The notes beneath the pieces are model-generated. The model ran no database searches. It had not been told where the DNA came from and saw only the letters and a program-made list of their open reading frames with translations. A stretch of 63,275 nucleotides of DNA, filler included, from Choristocarpus tenellus KU-1152 (Eukaryota > Protista > Phaeophyceae), in NCBI GenBank assembly GCA_964200185.2. It is 11 parts of 11 records of this genome, joined end to end, with 100 filler letters (N's around TTAATTAATTAA, not from the genome) between each part and the next. Parts side by side here need not be neighbours in the genome. Positions count along the whole stretch, not along the records: positions 1 to 11,058 come from CAXNAD020002534.1; positions 11,159 to 16,068 come from CAXNAD020012570.1; 9 more parts are not named here. The stretch is one strand, 5' to 3'. How positions within the stretch are numbered: the stretch's first letter is position 1; each line of letters opens with the position of its first letter. Both the position numbers and the translations under genes were made by a program. Shown here piece after piece: positions 1 through 11,412 of the stretch.

Positions 1-512
1 CCGCTACCACCACTACCTCCCCCGGCCCCACCCCCTGTACCACCTCCTCCCCCGTAGTTCACTGCCCCTGTGCCTGAGCCAGCACCCACCATCGGCCCAG
101 CGGATCCCATCTTCATACCCGAATATGCCTGATTCGGGCTATCCGGCCTACGGTCCAATCTCTGGTAGTATCCCGACGAGGGCGCGGGGCCGTACTGTGA
201 AGTATGCATTGGGGATGGAGCCATCTGCTTAGGGTAGGCATGCTGTTGATGTTGTTGCGGCTGCTTTTGCTGCTGCCCGTAGCTGCCATGGGTATCGATG
301 CCGTGTCCATGTCCACGGGTGAAATTTCCACCAGGACCACGACCACTTGGGGCGCTGATATGTGCCAGAGGAGTCGGCGACGATCGGCCCATTCCGCGAC
401 CTTGTACTTGTCCATGAACTTGTTGCCCTGGTAGAGATCCCGAGGATGTCGGGCTGTTGGGACTCGTACCTCTGTTTAGATGCGACAGTCCAGGTAGCCT
501 GCGCTCTTCCAT
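1..512 (-). CDS. 5' coding exon of an unknown G/Q/P/S-rich low-complexity protein (runs off the window start)
   Basis: Not in the ORF track because it has no stop in the window. ATG at 512 opens a stop-free frame: MEERRLPGLSHLNRGTSPNSPTSSGSLPGQQVHGQVQGRGMGRSSPTPL...YGQQQKQPQQHQQHAYPKQMAPSP...GAVNYGGGGGTGGGAGGGSGGS. An acceptor-like 'cttgtgcag' lies just upstream (~570). Confidence 0.65.
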   Translation of the reverse strand, partial: MEERRLPGLSHLNRGTSPNSPTSSGSLPGQQVHGQVQGRGMGRSSPTPLAHISAPSGRGPGGNFTRGHGHGIDTHGSYGQQQKQPQQHQQHAYPKQMAPSPMHTSQYGPAPSSGYYQRLDRRPDSPNQAYSGMKMGSAGPMVGAGSGTGAVNYGGGGGTGGGAGGGSGGS

Positions 513-1449
513 GATGCACAACTTCAACGAGGATCAATTGTAATACAGTCCCAATTAGCACTAGGGACCTGCACAAGTCAAGAATGAAACAACTCTAGCT
601 TTCGGGGCGAAATGTTGAAGAGGACTTCACCCTTCCACGACTTTGTTTGGCACCTTCGCCCAGTCCTCCCTGAAGATCTCCCCTGAAGTATGTGGTACAA
701 AAATGACACACGAAACACCGAGAAAGGACTCCTCGTGACTGTCGTCAATTTCTAGCCCAAAAGAGGAACCGAATACAGTGTTCACACGGCAAACTGTTGA
801 ATAGATAAGATATCAACGTTCCACAAGCGCAAAATCCTTGATGTCCTCCACGGCTACTCACGCCCACAAAGACCTCCTTGGTCTTGGAGATGTTGCGGGC
901 AAAACGGCTCGCAAAAACTCCACTGAGACAACCTCTCCCCGCGAAAATTAGGATTCAGGTTCCCCAAGTGGAGCCTCAGTTGTTTTGCTCTGCGTCCAGC
1001 CGCAGGATAAAACAGGCAGCTAGTTACCAACTTTCACCCCTGTCTCATTTGGGATCCCGAAGCTTTGACAAAATCTTGTTTGAGAAATGAGGTGTTTTGA
1101 TTCTATAAAACGGCAGCAGCCAGTCATAGCACACATCACCACAGAACAGAGAAGGAAGAAAAGATCTAAAGATGCGATCTTTTGATCGATAGATATGATA
1201 GATACGTCGGATCACAAAGATAATATCCAAGCTTCAGATTTGAGACCTGATTATAACAAAAGATAGAAGATACATAGAGGAATTTAGTACATTACCTGCC
1301 AAAAAATAAAAACATATTGCCTCATCACTATTATTGTTGTAGTATTATACCAAATATGTAGATATAACGAACTCAAACAAAAACGGACCCTAGAAACTGC
1401 AACCACCTGTATTTTTATTTCGCAATTAGTAGAGTAGTACATACTCTTC

Positions 1450-2050
1450 CGTTCATAGACTATTAAACTACTATTTGTGGAGTTGGGTGGTGTATCATTC
1501 AGGACTGATATGGACATGGGAATATGAAGAAGGAATAGTGTAGTTCTCAGCCTGCACGGTCTATCTCTGACAGACACTTTCGTGCTCCCCTTAGAAATTA
1601 GTGTCCTCCGTAGGACGTCGGTAAGGTGCATGAACTATGATAAGGTTTATATACTTCAATGATGTGTATTAGAAGGAATTCGATTTGGTGGAATGCCCTG
1701 TTGTTTGCCAGTAATTGCTAAGTTTGAGTGATGGTACAAGATGATCTCCTGATTTTGGTAATTCATCTGTTTCAGCAGGGAATGAGAACATGCAGACGTA
1801 GGGGTGATGTAGAATGTGCCTAGTGTTTCTTGTCGTGCAGGGACGTCGCCAGGGATACATCCTCTCCCCACGCTCGCTCACTATATTCTTTTCCGAAGTA
1901 CTTCATAGGCGATCGTGAAATTCAGGTATGCACCCTAATATCGAGCCCGATAGGGTTACCACCAAGGGAGGAATCAGGAAATGTCAGAGTTATGCGGATC
2001 TGTCAAGGAACAGGGGAGCGATTTTGCAACGACTGTGGATCATAGCTCCA
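1450..2050 (-). mobile_element. possible highly degenerate Ty3/gypsy integrase relic
   Basis: Broken frames give GKQQGIPPNRIPSNTHH*SI*TLS*FMHLTDVLRRTL, loosely resembling the rve core LGI..T.AYHPQ.NG..ER..RTL...LR. Many stops. Confidence 0.3.
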
Positions 2051-3599
2051 TATACATGATATAGGCATCTTGGCGAGACCTTCTTAGGGTCATAGACCCA
2101 GAAAAGTTTCGCCAAGATGTCGACGGTGATCGTACAAAATGAAATGCACTTGACCTGACTTTATCCGAGAAGAAGACAGATACATTATAATTGGTCAAGT
2201 CACTACCCATAGATGAAGAACATCTTTCTCGTTATGGATATCACAATTGTTCAACCTTGGACACATAATCAGTGACAGGGCTTGTAGTTCTGTTAAGGTC
2301 AGGAGACAAGACTCAACATATTGGCGGTGTTTCAAACTTTTGAGCGACAGCTATGCGGCTGAGTGTAAGGGATACAGGTGGCACAAAAGATTCGCCTTGA
2401 TGTACTTGAGTCCTACTCTCAGATAGAAATGGACACTCCTTTGGACACTCTGCCACGACCAGGACGACATGCCCCGTGGAGCACATGGCATTTCCTCATC
2501 CTGTGTTGTGTTCCGCAAACTAGAGAGTACCCATCGCCTCCTCTCATATAGATAACATGACTTTTTGTTGAGGATCTAATTCAGGGCGAGAATTAGAGGA
2601 AATGACGTCTCGTGTTTGCGTTTGTTGCGAGAATGGGTGATGAGCAATTTCCTTCCCTATTTTAACGCTGTAGACCTGTGTTTGGAAAAATAACCTGGTT
2701 AAATATGAGAAGAGCTGTCTATGATGGGCGTGACCCGCAGAACACTTTGTCTGTTTCAAGATCTCGATTACGTAGAGACATGCTTCGGGTTCGAGTGCGA
2801 GAAAACAAAGAATGTCAAAATTACAACAATATTTTATGGGCGACTGGCACAAAGCCAGGATTGCCGTGGTCACAAGCAGCATGCTAATGAAGCGAACGTG
2901 ACCACGAAAACAAACTCGTTACTACAGTATTACCTGCTAGGTTTGATATTATCCCCAATATCTGATGTCGTCATAATATGTAAGCTACATTATCGATCAC
3001 TGGATTTCCTGTTGGTATTGGCAAAATAGCACCTCTGTTGTTTTACGAGGTGGTTTGTAACCCATTTGTAAGTGGATGACTTAGTTCCATAGTATTTTTT
3101 GCGTTTGGTGACCGTGAACCTTTTCCTAGTACCTCCTATATGTCGCTAAAAGGAGTTCATCCATGACTTTATAGAATGTTCCGTTGACGACAGTCTTCTC
3201 TACAATATTCCTTATCTTGTTTGTTGAATGTTTGTTTGCTTGTTGAGAGACTTTTTCCCATCGCATTCTGCGGTGGGACCGATAGTGATGTGCACTTCTT
3301 CTCAAAACCGGGGAAACGGCGAGTGGGGGGGATACATTGTAGAAGAAAATCCTATTTTTAAAAAAGACTTCACAAAATGGCAAGGATAAGTATCTCAATG
3401 AACCACGTCGCACCTGACTACTTGCTAGTGGTCCAGTATTTTAGAGCACCACTTACGCCTATTATATGAGAACGTTTGAGCTATTAATCGGATTTTACAA
3501 TGAGCTCCTACCTCACTCTTGTCTAGGAACTCGCATGCTGTCCTAGAACTGTTTTGATTAAGGTTTGTCTATCTCTCCTCAGTCATGCTGTAATGGTCA

Positions 3600-4470
3600 C
3601 TTGCTAAAACCACATCATCAATCCTATCGCAACATTTGGCCCGCTCAGGGGTGGTGTGTGTGGTTCTTGACGGGCCTCTTTTAAAAGCACAGGGCAGCAG
3701 CTATTATCCTCATTACTTGTGTTGGGCAAACTCTCATCAACAACCGAGCCAACCGACCCCAATATTTTATCCAGTTTCTTAGATCACGTGAACCTCACTA
3801 CAGTTGTCGAAAAAGTCGACAGTGGGGAGTTTGGAGCTCATTATTGCTATATATCCACCTCCGTAGGACCTATATTCTCATGTTGAAAGGTTCAACGAAG
3901 AGGGTGTGCTACATGGCCTCAAGCTAATCCACCCATCTCATACTCAACTTGAGCTACCACGTTCGGATTACTAGAAACTTATCCTCCTCTTGCCGTCTCC
4001 AGCAGTTAATACTTCTACTTAAGAGTTGCAACTGATGTTCTATGTCATCACCCAACTATCATATACGAATGATAGCACAATGAACAAGGAGCACAACAGA
4101 TGTCCCTTCACCTCCTCCATCCGGTTGTACATTCCAACACACAACAAACAGTACATTCTCCCTCAAAAATCACTAAGGTATCCCCAAACATTTGGAGGAC
4201 CTGACCTCTAGAGAGGAGTTATCGCATACCTTGTTTGCTTGGTGTCACCTCACGTCAGTCCCAACTTCAAACACCCAGCGCTCACTTACCACAAAATACC
4301 ACCCTGGTCAAATGTCCTCAGGCACTCCGCCAAACATTAAATAACATCACATTCACCATGTATTATCTTCCTTGTTGCCAGTCTTACACATCTTACCATA
4401 CATTGCAACATTCCATGCTAAAGATCATCAGCGCTCTAGTAAGGAACCGGAATTCTGATTGAGAATCATA
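3600..4470 (-). mobile_element. possible degenerate Ty1/copia RT relic
   Basis: Minus-strand fragment at ~4255-4330 reads VPEDI*PGWYFVVSERWVFEVGTD, like the copia RT start (P.G..V+..RWVF..K.D). The rest is unreadable and the boundaries are approximate. Confidence 0.3.
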
Positions 4471-5060
4471 TTTGGAGGAGCAAATTGCGTGGGAATGATG
4501 AGCGATAATTACTATCAGAATTTTCTTTTATATCTTGACATTTTTCCAGCAGGTGCAAAGATGCGGTCCAAGAGATAAAAGTACAACCATCCTGTGTGTT
4601 CTAGTAGATTAAAGAACACGACCTTGACTAGTTGGTTACTGACTTTACCACATGCAAGTTCAATATGTGTACGAAGAAGAACAACATCACTGTTGGCCAT
4701 TTTCAGATTCATTTACTTACAACTTTCTCATCTCTGAGTACAGACACAACAAAACAAGAACTCCCTGGGCAAGAAAGTAGCACCAAGTGATACATGATGA
4801 AAATGACGAAATAGTACCTCGCCCTGCTGAGCAATCGTTCGTGTACAGCATCTTCGCGCAACGTCTCTGCAACAGTTAAAAGACTATGTTTTCCAGCACT
4901 ACCCCCAGCATGAATCCAAAATGTCCATTCCAAACCAGAATTAGACCATTCACCATGCTACAGTCACACCATGCCGACCTTTCCAATTTCATAAATAAAA
5001 TTTAAAAAACGAAGCTGAGAAATTACACATCCATCAACAGCAGTCAGCGAGAGGCAGCAA

Positions 5061-7079
5061 TCAAACGGGGTTGCGATCACGTCCAACCTCGACCATTAGC
5101 ACTGGAACTTCTAACCCAAGTTCATCCCCTTCACTGCTCTCCAAGCAAATCCCGCGTGCGACAAAGTCCTCGACATCATCCCTACCCAAACCACCCTTCC
5201 AACTGCCGCTGCCGGACCCCCCTCGCCGCCAAGCCCCTCTCTCCCCCTTCTCGTAGAGGCCTGGTAAGTAGGCCCTGTACGCAGGCATATACAGAGAGCA
5301 AAAGTTCTGCACTTCTTCATCAGTCAAGCCAGCCTTCCCCTCAGCCCTCATCTTTCTTTCTGCTTCAGCCCGCCACTCGAATACCATCTCTGGGTTTGAG
5401 GTCTGCGGATGCATGTATACGTGTGAGTGTTAACTGCATTTGAAATGCACAATTTCCTGTACTTATCAGACCAGTCTCATGTTCAATTTGTGCTCTACTT
5501 CTCATTTCTACAGCAGTAGTGGTTGTGTGATAGATAGGCAAGGTTGGTTCTGCTTAAGATGCTGGATATCTACAGAAGGATACGCACACATATGCACACA
5601 CCTTGAGGACAACCCAAGCATCAACTTCATCATGAAGTTTTTCATATTCATGAAGGAATATATTCACTTGATTGAGGCTACCGTTCTCACAGGCATTGCT
5701 TGTTTCTGGAGAAACAGAGGTGTTTCAGAGGAGGACAAAAAAATGGAGGCAAGTGTAAGAAGGAAATTAAAAAGCTAGCTGACTCCAGCCAAAATTGGGA
5801 CAGACCACAGGTGTTCTTGAGGCATTATACTAAATTGTCTTTCCAATGCCCTCAACACAGTACCGGTCCAAGCCTCAGAAACTGCTGAATTATCATTGCA
5901 AATAACGACCTAGCTACCGTGGTTCCCATGTATTTCCTCAGTCATCATTCGTCACAACAACTCCCTGCTCCCAAATATCTTACCATCGCGTTCGACTCCA
6001 GCAATTGGGAAAGAGGCGCCTTCTGGCAAAGCCTCAAAGCCAAGCATCCAGCCCTCTAGAAGAATAACTTGAGGAGGGTCCACAACTGTGGCCCAAGCCT
6101 CTTTGGGAGCTCGATCACCCCTTCCTCGCCTTGCAGATTTGTCGTACTGGGGGATCGATAGTGGGGCATCGCCAGGTCGTAACTCTCGGAGGGCTTTAAC
6201 AGTGGCCAAGGCCAGCTCTAGGTCATGAGTGCCAGCATTCCCGCGCACCTGAAGAAGGTTGTTCTCCGGATTTTTTCCAGCGAGGTCATCCTGGAACGGC
6301 ACAGGTAAAGGGGGGAGTAGGTGGGTCCTTGGCCCTCGAATGGTTGGTCTTGACAACCCCTTGTGGTTGCTCCTTGTCAATCGACAACCGGCATGAAAGT
6401 AAAAAATGCAGGAGGATCGCACTGATTTCCCCCATGAAAGGTCGGACAAGAGGCAGTAAGAAACAGGACACCATTAGACGAGGACAACCTGCTGCTCCCC
6501 GGTGAGGTAAAAATCGTCGATAGATAGTACTTCGCAGGACTGCCCACGCCTCTCCAGCAATCTACGAAGCTGCTCTACTAGCGTTGACTTCCCACATCCT
6601 TGTGGCGCAGAGATTCCCACGACTAGTGGGCCATGGTTCTTAATATCATTCTCCGCATCTAATACATGTTTACGCTTCTCCAACAGTTCTTGTATCCAGA
6701 AAAAGAGAGGCAAGTAGAGATGGAAAATCCTGCGCCGCTGTGCCTCGTGGATCAATGTCGGGTTGATACCTAGAGAACTCGCGAGCTCCCCCGCTGCCAC
6801 TCTCCAAGCATTGACATCGATTGGCGAGCCTACGGAGGAACCCAACGGACCCCGGGAAACATAGTCTTCCAAGGAGCTTTTGTCGTCAACTCCAAACTTC
6901 CTGGGGTCCATCCCAAAAGTTGTTGACGAACACATTTTGGCTCCTGGAATACCATGAAACACCAGAGGCGAATGGATGAAAGCATTACAAGATGTTATGG
7001 TCCGGGACATCCAATGGAGGCAACATACACGAGCTAGCAGGCTCCTGGTTGAGGGAGGATGCATTTTGGACCTTGCCAC
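5061..7079 (-). CDS. GLYK: D-glycerate 3-kinase, plastid-targeted; 4 exons (7079-6489, 6290-5984, 5705-5602, 5402-5061)
   Basis: P-loop GISAPQGCGKST, LSIDDFYLT, LLQVRGNAGTHD, PQYDKSARRGRGDR, ILLEGWMLGF, VDAWVVLK, VFEWRAEAE and YMPAYRAYLPGLY are the plant/cyanobacterial-type GLYK motifs. GT-AG junctions keep the frame. The N-terminus ends ...TSCNAF, an ASAFAP-like bipartite plastid signal. Confidence 0.95.
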
Positions 7080-7234
7080 AACAGTTGTACTAATAGTATG
7101 TACACTAAATCAAAGTTGTGGGTGGTTTGTACTTCTGAACCCCAGGTCGAATCCGATTGGACAAGACGAGGTACAGGGTTCGTAATGCTCACACCATCAG
7201 GAGAAACTAGTAGTAGCCCAGCCTTACCACAAAG
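7080..7234. promoter_or_regulatory. putative bidirectional promoter between GLYK and RRP40
   Basis: Only 155 bp separate the divergent ATGs at 7079 (-) and 7235 (+). Confidence 0.6.
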
Positions 7235-10200
7235 ATGGCATTAGACCAAGTGATGGATGAAGTGGGAGATAAACGAATGGAAGGGGAAGCGTTAGGGGGT
7301 GGAAGCAATGGTGCTAGTGACAGTGGCAGTGGCAGTGACAGTGACAGTGACAGTGGGAGTGGAAATGGGAGCGAGGAAGAGGTTGGTGGAAAGGATGGGA
7401 AGCGGAAGGCAGAGGACTTCTTGCACCGAGCACAGCGAGCAATGGATTTACGATTCACACCGAAGCTTACCCTCCCTGGGGACGATGTGACTGAGATAAC
7501 CACCCGGACGACTAGAAACTTGCGACTCGGGGCAGGACTGATCCAGCGAGGAGAAAGCATCTTGGCCACTAGGGCTGGTATGCTGAGGTATCGACCGCCT
7601 GGCACCTACTGGGTGGAGAGTAACGGGCGTAGGTATGTCGCTCGAGCGGAAGACCAAGTCTTGGGGATTGTTGAGGATCGTATGGGGGACTCATACAAGG
7701 TCAACATATTTGGCAGGTGAGTGAAGACAGGACATTGGTAGATCTCTTGAAGTGACCAACGAAAGTCCACTAGTACCTTGGTCTAGAAGATTGGACTGAT
7801 CCTGGTTGAAATAGAAGTAGAGTCACGAACCGTGATCATATTTTCCATTGCTCTTCGTGTGCCCATGTGCCTCACCCAGGCGATGACGCCTGGCATGAGA
7901 TAATGCACTTGCCCACCTCAACATGAGGACCCCAACCAACTGATGAAGACGTATGTGACAACTGACATATATATATATATATTATATATATATATGTTGC
8001 CGTCGCAAGAACTTTTCTAGGCATCATAATGAAATATGAGGTAGGATGTATAGAACTAACCTCGTGGTCGACATACTATTGCCTCCGATATACTGTTGTC
8101 TCCAAGGTTCATGTTTCAACACTCCTCTAGATCACCCTTTTACTGCATGTCAGTCCTCCTCTCCCCACCCCTACCGTAACTTGCTTCCTTTGGTTTCCAC
8201 CTATTCTCGGCAAAGCTCATCCGCCCTGCTGGGCATGCTTGAATTCGATGGGGCATCGAAGCGTAGCAAACCAAATCTCAAGGTGGGTTTGTTCCCTGCC
8301 CACACTCGGCTAAAAGTGTTGACTGGTTACCCTTCCAACAACCGATCAATAGTTTCTTAGTAAGAGGCATGTGGCATGTGTTCCCCCAGTCCTAGTTTTC
8401 TCCCCTTGAATGCTAGTAATGTGTTTCTACATCTAATATATGTGTAGGTATATATTGTACATACGTCAACTCTTACCTTTTTTCAGTGTTTGTATGCCGC
8501 CTACCACCACATGGCCCTCACCACATCTCGGCCCCACTTATTTTCATTTTCTCAAGAGTATCGACCTTGACAACCAAGAAATTATCAATGTCTCTGTTCG
8601 ATGCTTGCAACATATGAGACCACACACAATGCTTTTGCAGTGTTGTACTTTGTTGATGGGATATGGTACACACTGAAGTCCATTAATTACACTATCCTTG
8701 TATCTGGCAAAGATCTCCACACAAACCTGGTGCAACAATCCAATCCCGGTCAATACTTGAAAGCCTTGGCCATTATACACACCATGGCAATGTTTTAATT
8801 CTAAGCCCATCTTTTGTTCCACTCCTCCATTATGTACCATCGTACATGGTTGGGGGGTCACATGACTGCTTATCTGGTTCAATGAATTGACGCGCGCGCG
8901 CGCACGCACCTCTGCACAATACGTAAAATGAACGTTTCATGGCATTGCAGAACGGCGCCTTGGTTTTTTGCCGGGTGGCTGCTGCAGACAAGGACTTGGA
9001 GACAGAGCTAACATGCACATGTGAGGGGAATCCTTGCAGACAATGAACTCCACACAGCCTTAGTATTTGCCCAACAATATTCAGCCGTATTTAACCTTTA
9101 ACAGACGCTATCCGTTTCAACAAACTATCTCATCAACTCCGGAACCTACAGTCCTGAAGTATATTATGTATGACATGTGACAAAGCCTAGAATACAATAT
9201 TGTTCAGAAAGGTTGAGTATATTCATGTGATTGGGTGTTGATCTACCCACTCCACAACCCCTCCCTCCAGCCACTCACCATGGATCCAAGAAAGAGTGGA
9301 TGACCGGCCAGTCAACATTCGGTGAGATCAAAGGGGGCTCCTCTTCACGCTGCTCGCTGCTGCTGGCACGTAGCTTGACCAAACCTGATTGTCAGGTGTT
9401 AACATCTTTGGGGAAGCGTCTTCCGTTTGAGATTGCCGTGGGGTTGAACGGGGCATTCTGGGTCGACTCCGGTGAGCCTTGGGATGTGAACGTGGATTGG
9501 TTGGATGGAGGGAAGAGGGAAGGAGTGTATGGATAGTACGCTTACACAGTACCTAATAATAGATAGAAGTGTGTATTAATGAAGCATCCCAAGCTTCACA
9601 CCTTCATGTTATTACTAAGATCTCCATTGTAGTGATATTTTTTTTAGAGAAATGCACACTTGGTAATTTCATTGCTGCTGTACGCATATATACAGCATAG
9701 GTGCACTTTTTTTCCTCTTCTTAATTGATAGGTGTCCTGCTTGTTGGGTGTGTGTGTGTGTAAGATTGGTGTTTGTCGACCAGAATGACACACTCTATAA
9801 ACAAAGAGTGGCAGGGGAAGATAATTGAGCACCACCAAAGGCTACCTACCGCCCCAGTGTGCACCCATCCATCAACCACAACTGAAATTACTTCGCAAGT
9901 TGTTTTTTAGTGTTACATGCATATGCTACATTTGGCAGTTTGTACAAAAAAGGCTCACTCCCCTTCCGTTCCATGTCGAGCATTTTTATGTACTATTTTC
10001 CGATGTGCACAATATTCCTACCTCGCCTGCCCCAACCCATTGAATACCATCCCATGGAACGCCATCCCATAGCGCGGATCAATTTTGCTGCTTCATTACC
10101 AACCATGTGCACCACAATACATTTTGATGTAGCTCATTTTTTTGCTCCCATAACCTCCACCTGTTTCCACCTCCCGATCCCTCCCTTGCGACCCTGCACC

Positions 10201-10419
10201 TTTTTAAAAAAAAATGCCTTCCTGCCAAAATGCCCCACGTGTTCCCCCTCGGCAAACCCCCATGGGACCTTGTGATGCGTGATAGGGTCTGAGGAGACCA
10301 CTATCGTGATCATTAATGCCATTCTCAACTCAGAGGTTATGACGGATGCTCAGACCGAGGTCATGGTAGAACGACTTGTGAGTAGCCTCAACAAACCAGG
10401 GGATCGCCTCGGAATGTAG
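7235..10419 (+). CDS. RRP40: exosome complex component RRP40 (EXOSC3); 5 exons (7235-7716, 8216-8282, 8951-9020, 9271-9471, 10286-10419)
   Basis: LPGD..LRLGAGL..ATRAGMLR..YWVESNGRRYV..DQVLGIV..YKVNI; LEFDGASKRSKPNLK; GALVFCRVAAADKDLETELTC; PFEIAVGLNGAFWV; final exon TTIVIINAILNSE...TAG. All junctions are GT-AG and in frame. Confidence 0.95.
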
Positions 10420-10730
10420 ACCCGATAGCGGATATAGTTTGTCTTGGTAGATGTATGAGAGTGTATGTTACAACTTGCTGATGGGCGATGGAACGACCGG
10501 GGGGAGGGGGGGGGGGGGGTATCTTATCTTCTCCATCATTTATAATTCTACATTTTTTTTTCAGACCNNNNNNNNNNGGTGGATAGGTTTTGTTTTGGGA
10601 GTGGTGTGGGAGGTTTTGTTGCGGGGGGGGGGGGGGGGGGGGGAGGGGGGGGGGGGGGGGGGGGGGTATCTCGCTCCAATCGGTGTTGATTTAATCCACA
10701 GACAGAAGTATGCAGGCCCTTGATATGTTA

Positions 10731-10833
10731 ATGAGCAGATTAAGGAGGGGTTTATATAGAGTACTTGCGTTTCTTCTGTGTTGATGAGCAGATTAAGGAG
10801 GGGGTTGTATAGAGCACTTGCGTTTCTTCTGTG
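10731..10833. repeat. tandem duplication of ~52 bp
   Basis: atgagcagattaaggagggg-t(t/g)tatagag(t/c)acttgcgtttcttctgtg occurs twice back to back. Confidence 0.8.
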
Positions 10834-11057
10834 GTGCGAGTATGACCACCGTGGTGTTGTCTCTTGTCTTCATGTTTCGGTCACGAAGTACCCAAAGTGT
10901 ATAGATGGTATGGGTCCCTTTTCAAGTACACTTTGATCACACGATCGTATGTTTTGTTGAGGGGGGGGGGGGGGGGGGGGGGGGGTGGGAGTGAAGGTCG
11001 GGAGGGGGGGGGGGGGGGGAAGGGGGTAGATTTCGGGGGGCTCCGTATAATTAAAAA

Positions 11058-11158
11058 ANNNNNNNNNNNNNNNNNNNNNNNNNNNNNNNNNNNNNNNNNN
11101 NNTTAATTAATTAANNNNNNNNNNNNNNNNNNNNNNNNNNNNNNNNNNNNNNNNNNNN
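11058..11158. other. artificial contig linker (also at ~16069, 20415, 25390, 34150, 37707, 42306, 47761, 53924, 60213)
   Basis: An N-run/TTAATTAATTAA/N-run cassette, which puts stops in all six frames, recurs ten times. Confidence 0.98.
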
Positions 11159-11412
11159 GCTCCTCCTCCCCCTGGTCCTGCTCCTCTTCCCCCGCCACCC
11201 CCACCCCTACTCCCTCGCCCTCTGAAAGCATTGCCACCATTCCTCGGCCGTCCATCTCCGCCTCGGCTGTAGCCATTCCCATCCTGTTGCGTTCCTAACG
11301 CGTTACCACCACTCGGACCATAGTAGGAGACTGAAGCGGAGCCGCCATAGTTACCACCAGGCATACCATAACCCCCATTCCCGTAGTCGGATGCACGTCC
11401 ATAATGCGACAT
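11159..11412 (-). CDS. N-terminal G/Y-rich RGG region of a probable RNA-binding protein (e.g. DEAD-box helicase), truncated by the contig end
   Basis: MSHYGRASDYGNGGYGMPGGNYGG...FRGRGSRGGGGGGRGAGPGGGG; the core domain is not in the contig. Confidence 0.55.

Noticed and set aside
11058-11158. Regularly recurring TTAATTAATTAA motif flanked by Ns
   Set aside because: Artificial contig-joining linker. ORFs containing X runs and gene neighbourhoods across these linkers are artefacts.
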